Origin: Nitrospirota bacterium
GTDB lineage: Bacteria; Nitrospirota; Thermodesulfovibrionia; UBA6902
Direction: 5' to 3'
Assembly: GCA_016213945.1 (NCBI GenBank)
Contig: JACQZF010000048.1
Location: 33,854-97,853 of the forward strand
DNA: 64,000 nucleotides
The notes under the pieces are model-generated. The model was not told where the DNA came from. It ran no database searches and saw only the letters and a program-made list of their open reading frames with translations. The stretch's first letter is position 1, and every line of letters begins with the position of its first letter. A program made the translations under genes and the position numbers. Shown here one piece after another: positions 37,432 through 46,664 of the stretch.

Positions 37432-39680
37432 ATGGACCTGCCGTAAGCAGCCTGGCCGAGGGCCAAGCCGCCATCATTTGGAGGGACAAGCTGGTGGACC
37501 AGCGGCGTGAACCCGGTTTCTTTAAGACGCCGGAAGGTGTTTTCAAGAAGCACCGCGTTTTGAAATACCCCTCCTGATAATGCAACTGCGGTTATGCCGG
37601 TTTCATCCCTGACGGATTCTGAAACGTTAACGATTATCTCAACGACCGTATTGTGGAATTTTTTTGCGATCACCTCTATCGGGGTTCCGGCCTTTAGATC
37701 GTCGACTATGTTATCGATGACAGGGAATTGATAAATCATGTTGTTTTTGACAACAACCGGATACGAGTCTGTTATGTCAGATCTCTCAGCCGCCTGTTCC
37801 AGTTCAATAGCGGCCTGGGCGTGATAGGATACCCTGTGCTTTAATCCGGCAATAGAGGCAACTCCGTCAAAGAGCCTTCCCATGCTTGTTGTGAGCGGGG
37901 AGTTAATGTCCTTTTCCATCATGCTGATCAGGAACGATCTCTCCTCTTCACTCAGGGGGATGAAATCAAAATCTTTTGCCCTTTCACCAAACGTCTCGTA
38001 TAAGAGTGAAAGGGCTGTCCTGCAAGGCTCTTTAACAGCCTTGTCCCCGCCCGGAAGTTTATAGGGCTGTAAATGATACGCCCTTTTAAATCCCCTGTAT
38101 GAGGATATCAGAACCTCCCCGCCCCAGATTGTTTTGTCAGTCCCGTAACCCGTCCCGTCAAATGCGAAACCTATTACTTCCGCATCTTCAGCTATTTCGT
38201 TTTCAGCCATGCACGACAAAATGTGGGAATAATGGTGCTGCGCCTTTACCAGCCTGTCGGCGTAATGCGCTTCCCCGTATTTTGTGCTGTAATATCCGGG
38301 ATGCAGATCCGAGACAACTATTTCAGGCTGAACGTCAAATAACCTGAGAAAATCTTTTATCGTCTCATCATAAAATTCCACTGCGAGCGGGGTGTCGAGG
38401 TCTCCTATGTGCTGGGACAAAAACACCCTGTCATCAATGCCGAGAGCAATGGTGTTGTTCATATAGGGCCCAAGGGCGAGGACGGGCTTACTGAATTTAA
38501 AAGGCACGTTTACAGGCAGAGGCGCAAAACCCCTTGAACGCCTCACCGGCGCCTGTCTTTCAGCTACAATTCTTACGACTGAATCATCACATCTTCTGAC
38601 GATCTCCCTGTTATGCGAGAGAAAATAGTCGGCTATCGCTGAGAGCCGGGAAAAGGCGTCAGCATTATCTTTTGCAATCGGTTCGTCCGTGGTGTTGGCG
38701 CTTGTGGCCACAACAGGCTTTTTCAGTTTTTTTAAGATCAAATGATGCAGCGGCGTATATGGAAGAAATACTCCGGCGGTTCTGTTGCCGGGCGAGACAG
38801 AATGGGCGAGAGCAGTGCCCTCTCTTTTTTTGACTATTACAACCGGCCTCTCTATCGATTGAACTGCGCGCTCCTCCAGCATGTTAAGATGCGTTTCTTT
38901 CTTTATTGAATCCAGGTCCGGGAACATTACAGCAAGGGGCTTTTCCTCCCGGTGTTTCTTTTGTCTCAACCTGCTGACAGCGTCTTCATTTGTCGCGTCG
39001 CAGATAAGATGATATCCGCCAAGGCCTTTTACAGCAACGATATACCCTTTGCGGACCAGGTTTACGGCCTTTTCAAGCGCATCTTCTTTTTCACATAATA
39101 ACGCGCCTTCGCAGTCATAGAGGCTTATCCACGGCCCGCATTCATGACACGCGTCAGGCTGGGCGTGAAATCTCCTGTCATCGGGGAGGCTATATTCCTT
39201 CTCACATTTTGGACACATCCTGAAATCTTTCATGGCAGTATTTTTTCTGTCATAGGGCAGTTTATTGATAATGGTAAATCTGGGCCCGCAGTTTGTGCAG
39301 TTCGTAAAGGGATAGAGGAACCTGCGGTCTTTGGGATTTGTCACATCATTCAGGCATTCATCACAGACAGTTAGGTCGGGAAGAATGAGCGCACTTTTGT
39401 CGCCTTCTTCTCTGCTTTCCCGTATCTCGAACTCTCCGCAGCCGGATTCTTCAAGGAAGGTATGGCGGAGGCTGTAGATTCTTGAGAGCGCGGGTTTATC
39501 TTTTTCCACGCGGACGAGGAATTCATCGAGCTTTTCCTTTTCCCCCTCGGCTTCAATCAGTACACCGGCTGTGTCGTTTAACACATATCCTCTCAATCCC
39601 AATTCCCCGGCCAGCCTGTAAACAAACGGCCTGAAACCCACTCCCTGGACAAGTCCCGTTATGTTGACTTTTAATCTCAT
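37428..39680 (-). CDS. hypF: [NiFe]-hydrogenase maturation carbamoyltransferase HypF
   Basis: Acylphosphatase N-terminus, two CxxC...CxxC zinc fingers, and YrdC plus Kae1-like domains. Confidence 0.9.
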   Translation of the reverse strand: MRLKVNITGLVQGVGFRPFVYRLAGELGLRGYVLNDTAGVLIEAEGEKEKLDEFLVRVEKDKPALSRIYSLRHTFLEESGCGEFEIRESREEGDKSALILPDLTVCDECLNDVTNPKDRRFLYPFTNCTNCGPRFTIINKLPYDRKNTAMKDFRMCPKCEKEYSLPDDRRFHAQPDACHECGPWISLYDCEGALLCEKEDALEKAVNLVRKGYIVAVKGLGGYHLICDATNEDAVSRLRQKKHREEKPLAVMFPDLDSIKKETHLNMLEERAVQSIERPVVIVKKREGTALAHSVSPGNRTAGVFLPYTPLHHLILKKLKKPVVATSANTTDEPIAKDNADAFSRLSAIADYFLSHNREIVRRCDDSVVRIVAERQAPVRRSRGFAPLPVNVPFKFSKPVLALGPYMNNTIALGIDDRVFLSQHIGDLDTPLAVEFYDETIKDFLRLFDVQPEIVVSDLHPGYYSTKYGEAHYADRLVKAQHHYSHILSCMAENEIAEDAEVIGFAFDGTGYGTDKTIWGGEVLISSYRGFKRAYHLQPYKLPGGDKAVKEPCRTALSLLYETFGERAKDFDFIPLSEEERSFLISMMEKDINSPLTTSMGRLFDGVASIAGLKHRVSYHAQAAIELEQAAERSDITDSYPVVVKNNMIYQFPVIDNIVDDLKAGTPIEVIAKKFHNTVVEIIVNVSESVRDETGITAVALSGGVFQNAVLLENTFRRLKETGFTPLVHQLVPPNDGGLALGQAAYGRSI

Positions 39681-39698
39681 AGGGTATATTTATAATAA

Positions 39699-40478
39699 AT
39701 GATTTTAAGAAAATTCAGAATGATATTATTCTTCGGGCTGTCCATTCTCCTGTATTCCATACAGCCTGCTGGATCAGAAGCCGCTCCTGTTTTCACCTAT
39801 AAAATCGTCAACACTTATCCTCATGACCAGCAGGCCTTCACGCAGGGGCTGGTTTTTAAAGAAGGTGTTTTGTATGAAGGGACAGGGCTGAACGGACAGT
39901 CTTCGTTGCGGAAGGTAAAACTTGAAAACGGGGAGGTCCTTAAAATTCATAAACTGCCGCCGGAGTTTTTCGGTGAGGGGATTACCGTCTGCGGGGACAA
40001 GATCATCCAACTTACATGGAAGTCCCACGCCGGATTTGTTTACGATAAGGACAGCTTTAAGCTGTTCAAGCAATTCAGCTATCCCACAGAAGGATGGGGC
40101 CTTACATATGACGGCAGGCAGTTGATCATGAGTGACGGGACAGAGGGCCTGTATTTTCTTGACCCGGAAACCTTTAAAGAACTCCGCCGGATCAAAGCGC
40201 ATGACAGTAAAGGCCCTGTGATCAAGCTCAATGAACTGGAATATATTAACGGCGAGATATTCGCAAATATATGGCCGACGGACCTGATTGTAAAGATCGA
40301 TCCGCGGACAGGCCGTGTAACAGGATGGATAAACCTGGAAGGGCTTTCTCCTGTCAATGACGGACAGAAGAAAAAGGTACTTAACGGCATTGCCTATGAC
40401 GCAAAGAGCGACAGGTTGTTTGTTACGGGTAAATTGTGGCCTGCTCTTTATGAGATTAAACTGGTACCTTTAGAGTAA
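39699..40478 (+). CDS. Glutaminyl-peptide cyclotransferase (bacterial/plant beta-propeller type), secreted
   Basis: Signal peptide and a typical QC sequence (…QQAFTQGLVF…YEGTG…). Confidence 0.6.
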   Translation: MILRKFRMILFFGLSILLYSIQPAGSEAAPVFTYKIVNTYPHDQQAFTQGLVFKEGVLYEGTGLNGQSSLRKVKLENGEVLKIHKLPPEFFGEGITVCGDKIIQLTWKSHAGFVYDKDSFKLFKQFSYPTEGWGLTYDGRQLIMSDGTEGLYFLDPETFKELRRIKAHDSKGPVIKLNELEYINGEIFANIWPTDLIVKIDPRTGRVTGWINLEGLSPVNDGQKKKVLNGIAYDAKSDRLFVTGKLWPALYEIKLVPLE

Positions 40479-40500
40479 TTAGTGTCTGCCCATAAGTAAC

Positions 40501-40579
40501 GTCATTCCCGCAGTCCTTTGAGCGGGAATCCAGTTTTTCAACAAGTTCTGGATACCCGATTACAGACTTCGGGCATGAC
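40501..40579. repeat. REP-like palindromic element copy 6 (after the cyclotransferase gene)
   Basis: GTCATTCCCGCAGTCCTTTGAGCGGGAATCC...GGATACCCGATTACAGACTTCGGGCATGAC. Confidence 0.65.
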
Positions 40580-40645
40580 GAAATTGAAAACTTGCAATTT
40601 ATGGGCAAACGCCAATTAGAAAGTAGCACGAAGTTATTTTGAAAG

Positions 40646-40966
40646 TTATTGCTTTCCCCTGGTGTTCCTTTTTTCTTTCCTCCTGTCGAGTATCTCCGCA
40701 AGAAAAGGTATAAGCGCGCCTCCGGGCAAGAGAAAGATTATCAGCTTCGGGACGTAGAGTGATAAATGCTTTATGTGCGAGATGAGCAATTTCCTTTCTT
40801 CCACCGACCACTTTACGCCGGTGTTTACCGGCTTCATCAAAAGCTGCATAAAACCTTTAATGAGCGCTGCCTCGCGGTAAATGATCTCCTTGTGCGCGGA
40901 TATAATTTTATTGAGCAAACGACGCAGCATATCAGATACTTTACATTTCAGGAAAACTCCCGGCAA
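40646..40966 (-). CDS. Hypothetical protein (106 aa, one C-terminal TM)
   Basis: ORF only. Confidence 0.25.
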   Translation of the reverse strand: MPGVFLKCKVSDMLRRLLNKIISAHKEIIYREAALIKGFMQLLMKPVNTGVKWSVEERKLLISHIKHLSLYVPKLIIFLLPGGALIPFLAEILDRRKEKRNTRGKQ

Positions 40967-41006
40967 GGATTTTCAGTCTGTAGTATATTATTTAATATTA
41001 TGAGCT

Positions 41007-42383
41007 TTGAAGATAAAACAAAGGCCCCGGACCATGGCTGAAAAAATACTTATAGTGGAGGATGAGGAGACCTTGCGGGAATCCTTAAAGAGGGTGCTCT
41101 CGCATGAAGGCTATACGGTCGATACTGTCAACAGCGCGGAATCAGGACTTAAGAGCATCGAAGAAGGCAATTACGATCTCATAATAACCGACATCATCCT
41201 TCCCGGTATTGACGGCATAGAGCTTGTGCGGAGGGTAAGGGAGAAAATAACGGACCAGGCGGTAATCGTCATCACTGCGTATGCGTCGCTTGAGACTGCT
41301 GTAGGCGCGTTGAGGGCCGGCGCATATGATTATGTTGCAAAACCGATAATTCATGAAGAAATAAAAAGTACCATCAGAAACGCTTTGAAGGAAAAAGCGC
41401 TGAGGGCGGAAAACCTCATTCTTAAAAAGCAGATTGAGGGGAGATATGATTTTGAAAAGATAATAGGACAAAGCAAGGTCATTACATCTCTTATAGATGA
41501 GGTAAAAAAGATCGCCGGCTCCAAGAGCAACACCCTTCTTCTTGGCGAGACAGGCACGGGGAAAGAGCTGTTTGCGAGGGCCGTGCACTACAACAGCTCA
41601 AGGCGCGATAAGCCGTTTGTGCCGATAAACTGCAGCGCCATTCCTGACAACCTGCTGGAGTCCGAATTGTTCGGATACACGAAGGGGGCCTTTACCGGGG
41701 CCGTAAGCGCAAAGAGGGGCCTCTTTGAAGAGGCTGACGGAGGCGCTGTATTTCTTGATGAGATAGGCGACCTGAATCTCTCGTTACAGGCGAAACTGCT
41801 CCGCGTTATTGACGACCTTGAGATAAGGCCGCTTGGCAGGGTGCAGAGCAGAAAGGTCGATATCAGGATCATCACCGCAACAAACAGGGACATTGTGAAG
41901 GCCGTGAAGGAAGGGACCTTCAGGGAAGACCTTTACTACAGGATTAATGTGGTCACATTGAAGCTGCCGCCTTTACGCGAGCGCAAGGAAGACATAATAG
42001 TCCTTGCAGGACACTTCCTCGAAAAATATTCCAATGAGATCGGCAAACATATAAAGTCCATTAACGCTACCGCGCAGACGCTCTTGACGAACTATTTATG
42101 GCCCGGCAATGTCAGGGAACTGCAAAACATAATAGAAAGGGCGGTGCTGATCACGGACGGCGACACCATATTGCAGGAGCATCTGCCGGAGACGCTTCAG
42201 GACACATCGCCGTTCCCGTGCGAGGCCCTCGAAAAGGCTTTCTCGATAGAGGAATACACAAAGGAGTTCATCTTAAGATACGAGCCCAGCTACGGCGAGC
42301 AGGCCCTGGCGGACATGCTCGGCATAACAAGAAAGTCGCTCTGGGAAAAAAGGAAGCGGTGGGGCATCAGCAAAAAGAAGTGA
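41007..42383 (+). CDS. Sigma-54-dependent response regulator (NtrC family: REC, AAA+ and Fis-type HTH)
   Basis: REC Asp (IITDIILPG), Walker A GETGTGKE, GAFTGA, and a C-terminal HTH. Confidence 0.9.
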   Translation: MKIKQRPRTMAEKILIVEDEETLRESLKRVLSHEGYTVDTVNSAESGLKSIEEGNYDLIITDIILPGIDGIELVRRVREKITDQAVIVITAYASLETAVGALRAGAYDYVAKPIIHEEIKSTIRNALKEKALRAENLILKKQIEGRYDFEKIIGQSKVITSLIDEVKKIAGSKSNTLLLGETGTGKELFARAVHYNSSRRDKPFVPINCSAIPDNLLESELFGYTKGAFTGAVSAKRGLFEEADGGAVFLDEIGDLNLSLQAKLLRVIDDLEIRPLGRVQSRKVDIRIITATNRDIVKAVKEGTFREDLYYRINVVTLKLPPLRERKEDIIVLAGHFLEKYSNEIGKHIKSINATAQTLLTNYLWPGNVRELQNIIERAVLITDGDTILQEHLPETLQDTSPFPCEALEKAFSIEEYTKEFILRYEPSYGEQALADMLGITRKSLWEKRKRWGISKKK

Positions 42384-42387
42384 TGTC

Positions 42388-43611
42388 TCAATTCTTTATA
42401 TTTACGTTCCTCACTCCGGATGGCCTCCATGCCGGGGATATAACGCCTGGCGGTTTTGCCTGTTCGAGATAAGACGCCCATGTGACAGTGAACTCTCCGT
42501 GCTTGTCATTGATGGAATCAACCGCGTTGAGGATGGATTTCTCCTTTGCCCTGTGATCAAATAACGCCATCTGGTCATTATCGTCCCTCTTTAATTGTGA
42601 GATGCTGACGCCGACCAATCTGACCTTGTCACGAAGGCGTATTGAATTGAGAATGCCCAATGCGCAGTTGTAAATTTCACGGGTAATGTTTGTGTGCTCG
42701 GACAGAGTAGTCTGCTTTGTGAAGGTCTCAAAATCAGGATACCGTATGGTGAGGGTGACCTTCTTCCCTGCAAAGCCGTACTTCCTTGCCCGCCGTCCAA
42801 CCATTGCGCTTAACTTTAAAATCTGCGCCTCTATCTGCTTCCTGTTTGAAATATCCTGAGGTAATGTCATGCTGTGACCGATGGATTTCGGATCTTCTTC
42901 TTTGACGATGAGAGGCCTGTGGCAGATCCCCTGCCCCATGAGTTTCAATGTCTCCCCGACGATGCCGAATCTGTTTCTCAATAAACCTGCGGGCGCGCTG
43001 CCAAGCTCGCCGCAGGTTTTTATCCCAAGCCCGGCAAGTCTTCGCTCAATTGACGGACCGATGCCCCATAATTCCTTCACGGGCAGATCTTTGAGCACGG
43101 ATGGAATATCTTCTTCTTTAAACCAACGTAAACCGTCCGGCTTTGCAATGTCGCTGGCAAGTTTTGCCATAAGAATATTCGGGGCGATGCCGACCGTGCA
43201 ATTGATGCCGAACTGTTTTTTGACTTCCTCCTTAATTGAAAGTCCGATAGCCTCAGCCCCCCCGAACAAATGATGCGTTGTCGTCACATCAAGGAAGGCT
43301 TCATCGATGGAGTAGACCTCAATATCAGGCGTGAACCTGCTGTAGACCTTGGAAAGCTCCCTGCAGGTGTGAGTATATTTTTCACTATCTCCAACAACGA
43401 AGATGATATGCGGACACAACTTCTTCGCCTCATAAATGTTCATCCCCGTCTTAACGCCGAATTTCCTCGCCTCATACGAACGCGTGGTGACGACCGTCCT
43501 GCCGCCGGAGCCGATGACCGCAACCGGTTTGCCCCTGAGCTTCGGATTCGCCTGCTGCTCAACAGAGGCAAAGAAGGCGTCCATGTCTATGCAGAGAATG
43601 ATGGTTTTCAT
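42388..43611 (-). CDS. dinB: DNA polymerase IV
   Basis: MKTIILCIDMDAFFASVEQ... with a strong RBS (AAGGAGGGG) before the Met. The 43638 TTG extension is probably not used. Confidence 0.85.
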   Translation of the reverse strand: MKTIILCIDMDAFFASVEQQANPKLRGKPVAVIGSGGRTVVTTRSYEARKFGVKTGMNIYEAKKLCPHIIFVVGDSEKYTHTCRELSKVYSRFTPDIEVYSIDEAFLDVTTTHHLFGGAEAIGLSIKEEVKKQFGINCTVGIAPNILMAKLASDIAKPDGLRWFKEEDIPSVLKDLPVKELWGIGPSIERRLAGLGIKTCGELGSAPAGLLRNRFGIVGETLKLMGQGICHRPLIVKEEDPKSIGHSMTLPQDISNRKQIEAQILKLSAMVGRRARKYGFAGKKVTLTIRYPDFETFTKQTTLSEHTNITREIYNCALGILNSIRLRDKVRLVGVSISQLKRDDNDQMALFDHRAKEKSILNAVDSINDKHGEFTVTWASYLEQAKPPGVISPAWRPSGVRNVNIKN

Positions 43612-43684
43612 TACAGGTTGAAATCCCCTCCTTAACAAGGAGGGGCAGGGGAGGTTTTTTCATGGGATCGTTCTTGAAGTTTTA

Positions 43685-43969
43685 TTAATTAAATTCCCCG
43701 TCCTGCTCTCCCCGTGTGTCTGCGTGGTATTCGGAACTGTCTGACGATTCCTTACCGCGCTGTTCAATGATAATGCCGAGCAATTCAGTCATGAATTCCT
43801 TGTCACTGGTCATTCTTGTTACTACACCGTCTCTTTCTTTTTTTGGCAATTCCTTTAACGCCCTCCAGAACACTTCTGGTACTGCTTCATTAATTGTCAT
43901 GGTCCCTGCCTCCTTATGAAAAGTACAAAAGTATAAAACAAAGAAATTAAAGTCCTTGCTCTTTTGCAC
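43685..43969 (-). CDS. Hypothetical small protein in the lexA-dinB operon (likely starts at the internal Met of MTINEAV)
   Basis: ORF between lexA and dinB. Confidence 0.35.
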   Translation of the reverse strand: MQKSKDFNFFVLYFCTFHKEAGTMTINEAVPEVFWRALKELPKKERDGVVTRMTSDKEFMTELLGIIIEQRGKESSDSSEYHADTRGEQDGEFN

Positions 43970-43988
43970 TATTGCGCTTCTGCACTTC

Positions 43989-44231
43989 TTATGTCTCCAC
44001 GCCCTCCAGTCTCCATATCAGTGACGTTGCGTCGAAAGCAAGCTCATACAGGGTCTTGCCGTCTGTCACGGAAAAATGGTGAACCAGGTTTTGTCCATCG
44101 GTTGTTTTCCACATGTATGTGATTTCCTTAACCTCAAAAGTCTTCCCCAACCATTTAAACTTGACCGGCCGTATCCTGTAACGCGGCCCGAATGAGACGA
44201 TGACGCTTATGTGTTCACTGATCTGCATCAC
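43989..44231 (-). CDS. Hypothetical small protein (80 aa), overlaps the lexA stop by 4 nt
   Basis: The ATGA-type overlap suggests translational coupling to lexA. Confidence 0.4.
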   Translation of the reverse strand: MMQISEHISVIVSFGPRYRIRPVKFKWLGKTFEVKEITYMWKTTDGQNLVHHFSVTDGKTLYELAFDATSLIWRLEGVET

Positions 44232-44824
44232 ATCTTCCTTATGACGCCCATGACTTTTCCCATGATGGTTACTTCATCTGCGTTGTATGTCGCGGGCTTC
44301 ATAGTTTTGTTTTCCGGTCTTAAAATTATCTTTCCCTTTTCTCTGAAGACCCTCTTTACGGTAGCTTCGTCTTCTATGAGAGCGACCCCGATCTCGCCAT
44401 TCCTTATAGTGCTTTGAGGCCTTACCACTATAAAGTCGCCGTCGAGTATCCCCGCATCTATCATGCTGTCGCCTGTTACTTTTAGGGAGAAAGCGTCCTC
44501 TGCCGGGAAAAGTGTTTTATCAATAAAGATGTGCGAGTCGATCTCCTCCACCGCTAATATCGGCCTTCCTGCCCTTATCCTTCCAGCCACAGGTGCCATA
44601 ATTCCCTCTGATTGCCTGAGCCCCAATATCTCGATGCCCCTTGATTTGGCGGGGTTTATCTTTATAAATCCTTTCCGCTCGATTGCCTTCAGGTGCATCC
44701 TCGCGGCAGCCCACAGGAACCCGAAATGCTCGCCTATTTCCCTGACCGTAGGAGGGTAGCCGTGCTTTTGCGCGTACTCTTTAAGGAAGTCCAGGACCTT
44801 TTTCTGTCTGCCGGTTAATTCCAT
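44228..44824 (-). CDS. lexA: LexA repressor
   Basis: N-terminal wHTH (LTGRQKKVLDFL...YPPTVREIGE), the Ala-Gly cleavage site region, and an S24 peptidase Ser/Lys dyad. Confidence 0.9.
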   Translation of the reverse strand: MELTGRQKKVLDFLKEYAQKHGYPPTVREIGEHFGFLWAAARMHLKAIERKGFIKINPAKSRGIEILGLRQSEGIMAPVAGRIRAGRPILAVEEIDSHIFIDKTLFPAEDAFSLKVTGDSMIDAGILDGDFIVVRPQSTIRNGEIGVALIEDEATVKRVFREKGKIILRPENKTMKPATYNADEVTIMGKVMGVIRKM

Positions 44825-44828
44825 TATA

Positions 44829-44842
44829 TATACATATGTATA
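44829..44842. promoter_or_regulatory. Perfect 14-bp palindrome TATACATATGTATA directly upstream of lexA; candidate LexA operator (SOS box)
   Basis: It is self-complementary and sits in the lexA / DUF2400 divergent region, a few bp from the lexA start. Confidence 0.4.
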
Positions 44843-44900
44843 CTATATGGGGATTATTTTGTCAAGGCAAGTTTTAATCAACCTTATGTTAATATGAACT

Positions 44901-45764
44901 ATGCCGATTCGATTAAAATCTGAATTCTCACTCAAGGAAACCCTCGACAAATTCTACAATGAATATGATTTCAAGGAACGGATCAAACACGACCCGATTG
45001 AGCTTCCTCACAGGTATTCCAGACCTGAAGATATAGAAGTCGCGGGCTTTATCGCGTCATGTTTTGCTTATGGAAGGGTCGGCCTTTTCAAGCCTGTGAT
45101 AGAAAAAATTCTCAAGCCCGGCGGGAAACACCCCGCAAGCTTTATCAGGGATTTCGATCTGCAAAGAGATAAGAAGTATCTTTTGGGAATCAGCTACAGG
45201 TTCAATAAGGAGAAGGACGTCCTCTGCCTCATATATATTTTGAATCAGACGCTGGGTGAATTCGGTTCGCTGAAAAGTCTTTTCTATCATTACCACAACC
45301 CCTCTGTGTCCCCCGAAGACATCGGGCCTGCGCTTACTGAATTTGTAAATTATTTTTTAAGCATTGACACGTCGCCTGTTTACGGAAGAAATATTAAGCC
45401 CGATGGGTTGAAGCAGTTTTTCCCTTCTCCTCGAAACGGCAGCGCGTGCAAGCGCGTAAACCTTTTTCTGAGATGGATGGTAAGGAGAAAAGATATCGAC
45501 TTCGGCATCTGGAATAAGATCCTGCCTTCTAAATTAATCATTCCTCTTGATGTCCACATCGCAAGGATTTCAAGATGCCTCGGCCTGACAAAGAGAAAAG
45601 CATCCGACTGGAAGACGGCAAAAGAGATAACCGGGGCATTGAGAAAGTTTGACCCCGAGGACCCGCTCAAATACGATTTTGCCCTCTGTCATTACGGAAT
45701 ATCGAAATCATGCAGAGGTGAAAAATTCAAAGACGCTTGTTCTGCCTGCGCAATCCTGTCCTGA
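44901..45764 (+). CDS. TIGR02757/DUF2400 family protein (HhH-GPD-like)
   Basis: 287 aa containing an HhH-GPD-like motif IPLDVHIARISRCLGL. Confidence 0.45.
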   Translation: MPIRLKSEFSLKETLDKFYNEYDFKERIKHDPIELPHRYSRPEDIEVAGFIASCFAYGRVGLFKPVIEKILKPGGKHPASFIRDFDLQRDKKYLLGISYRFNKEKDVLCLIYILNQTLGEFGSLKSLFYHYHNPSVSPEDIGPALTEFVNYFLSIDTSPVYGRNIKPDGLKQFFPSPRNGSACKRVNLFLRWMVRRKDIDFGIWNKILPSKLIIPLDVHIARISRCLGLTKRKASDWKTAKEITGALRKFDPEDPLKYDFALCHYGISKSCRGEKFKDACSACAILS

Positions 45765-45784
45765 AAAATCACCTGCTTCCAACC

Positions 45785-45812
45785 GCTTGTGTTCTATGTG
45801 TTCTATGTTGCC
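45785..45812. repeat. TGTTCTATG x~3 tandem repeat downstream of the DUF2400 gene
   Basis: gcttgtgttctatgtgttctatgttgcc. Confidence 0.6.
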
Positions 45813-45975
45813 ATCATGTTTTTTGTGTGATATAAGTTACATATGACATAAATCATATGACGAAAATCATTTCATAATGTATAACATCAGGTGTATAAAA
45901 AATATGGAATTTAAATTTAACTATTCTCCTGAATTCAGGTAATCAGTATAAACAAATTAAAAAGGAGGTTACTCT

Positions 45976-46647
45976 ATGAGTACAAATGCCGCAAAAAATC
46001 TGTTCATATACGGCAGCCTGCTCTGCTTTATCGTCCTTATTGTGCTCACCATTGACACGATGGGAACACTGGACAAGAGGGCACCTGTAATTACAGACAA
46101 AGTAGACGCCGGCAAAAAGGTCTGGCACAAATATGACTGTATTGGCTGTCATACCATTTTGGGGAATGGTTCATACTTCGCCCCTGACATGACAAAGGCG
46201 GTTGAACGCAAGCCGAAAGGGTATTTGAAAAAATTTATAATGGACCCAAGGACGATAAAAGCTGATTCAGCTATGCCGGTACTTGGGATATCTGAACAAG
46301 AAGCTGACGACCTGATAGCATTCCTTGACTGGATTGCTAAAGTAGACACTAATGGCTGGCCGCCGAAACCTATCCTCGTAGCGGCTGCAGCAGGCAAGGC
46401 GGCAACTCCGGGACAGGTGCTTTTCCAGCAAAATGACTGCTCGGCATGTCATCAGATCCAGGGATTAGGCGGCACAGCAGGGCCTGATCTTACACGCATA
46501 GGTCTAAAACAGGCTGATATCGAGTGGCATATCAAGCATCTCAAAAACCCTGAATCTGTTGTACCGAAATCCGCGATGCCGGACTTTGCTCATTTAAACG
46601 ATGAGGAATTGAAGGCTCTGGCAGAGTACATGGTTACATTGAAATAA
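45976..46647 (+). CDS. norC: Nitric-oxide reductase cytochrome c subunit NorC fused to a second C-terminal monohaem cytochrome c domain
   Basis: An N-terminal TM and CIGCHTILGNGSYFAPD...VDTNGWPP match NorC. A second CSACHQ haem site lies in a ~75 aa C-terminal extension. Confidence 0.7.
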   Translation: MSTNAAKNLFIYGSLLCFIVLIVLTIDTMGTLDKRAPVITDKVDAGKKVWHKYDCIGCHTILGNGSYFAPDMTKAVERKPKGYLKKFIMDPRTIKADSAMPVLGISEQEADDLIAFLDWIAKVDTNGWPPKPILVAAAAGKAATPGQVLFQQNDCSACHQIQGLGGTAGPDLTRIGLKQADIEWHIKHLKNPESVVPKSAMPDFAHLNDEELKALAEYMVTLK

Positions 46648-46664
46648 CTACATCGGAGGAAATA

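Noticed and set aside
43625-43645. Palindrome CCCCTCCTTAACAAGGAGGGG upstream of dinB, considered as an SOS box
   Set aside because: It contains the dinB RBS and is more likely an RBS-sequestering or terminator-like hairpin. It is unrelated to the lexA-proximal palindrome.
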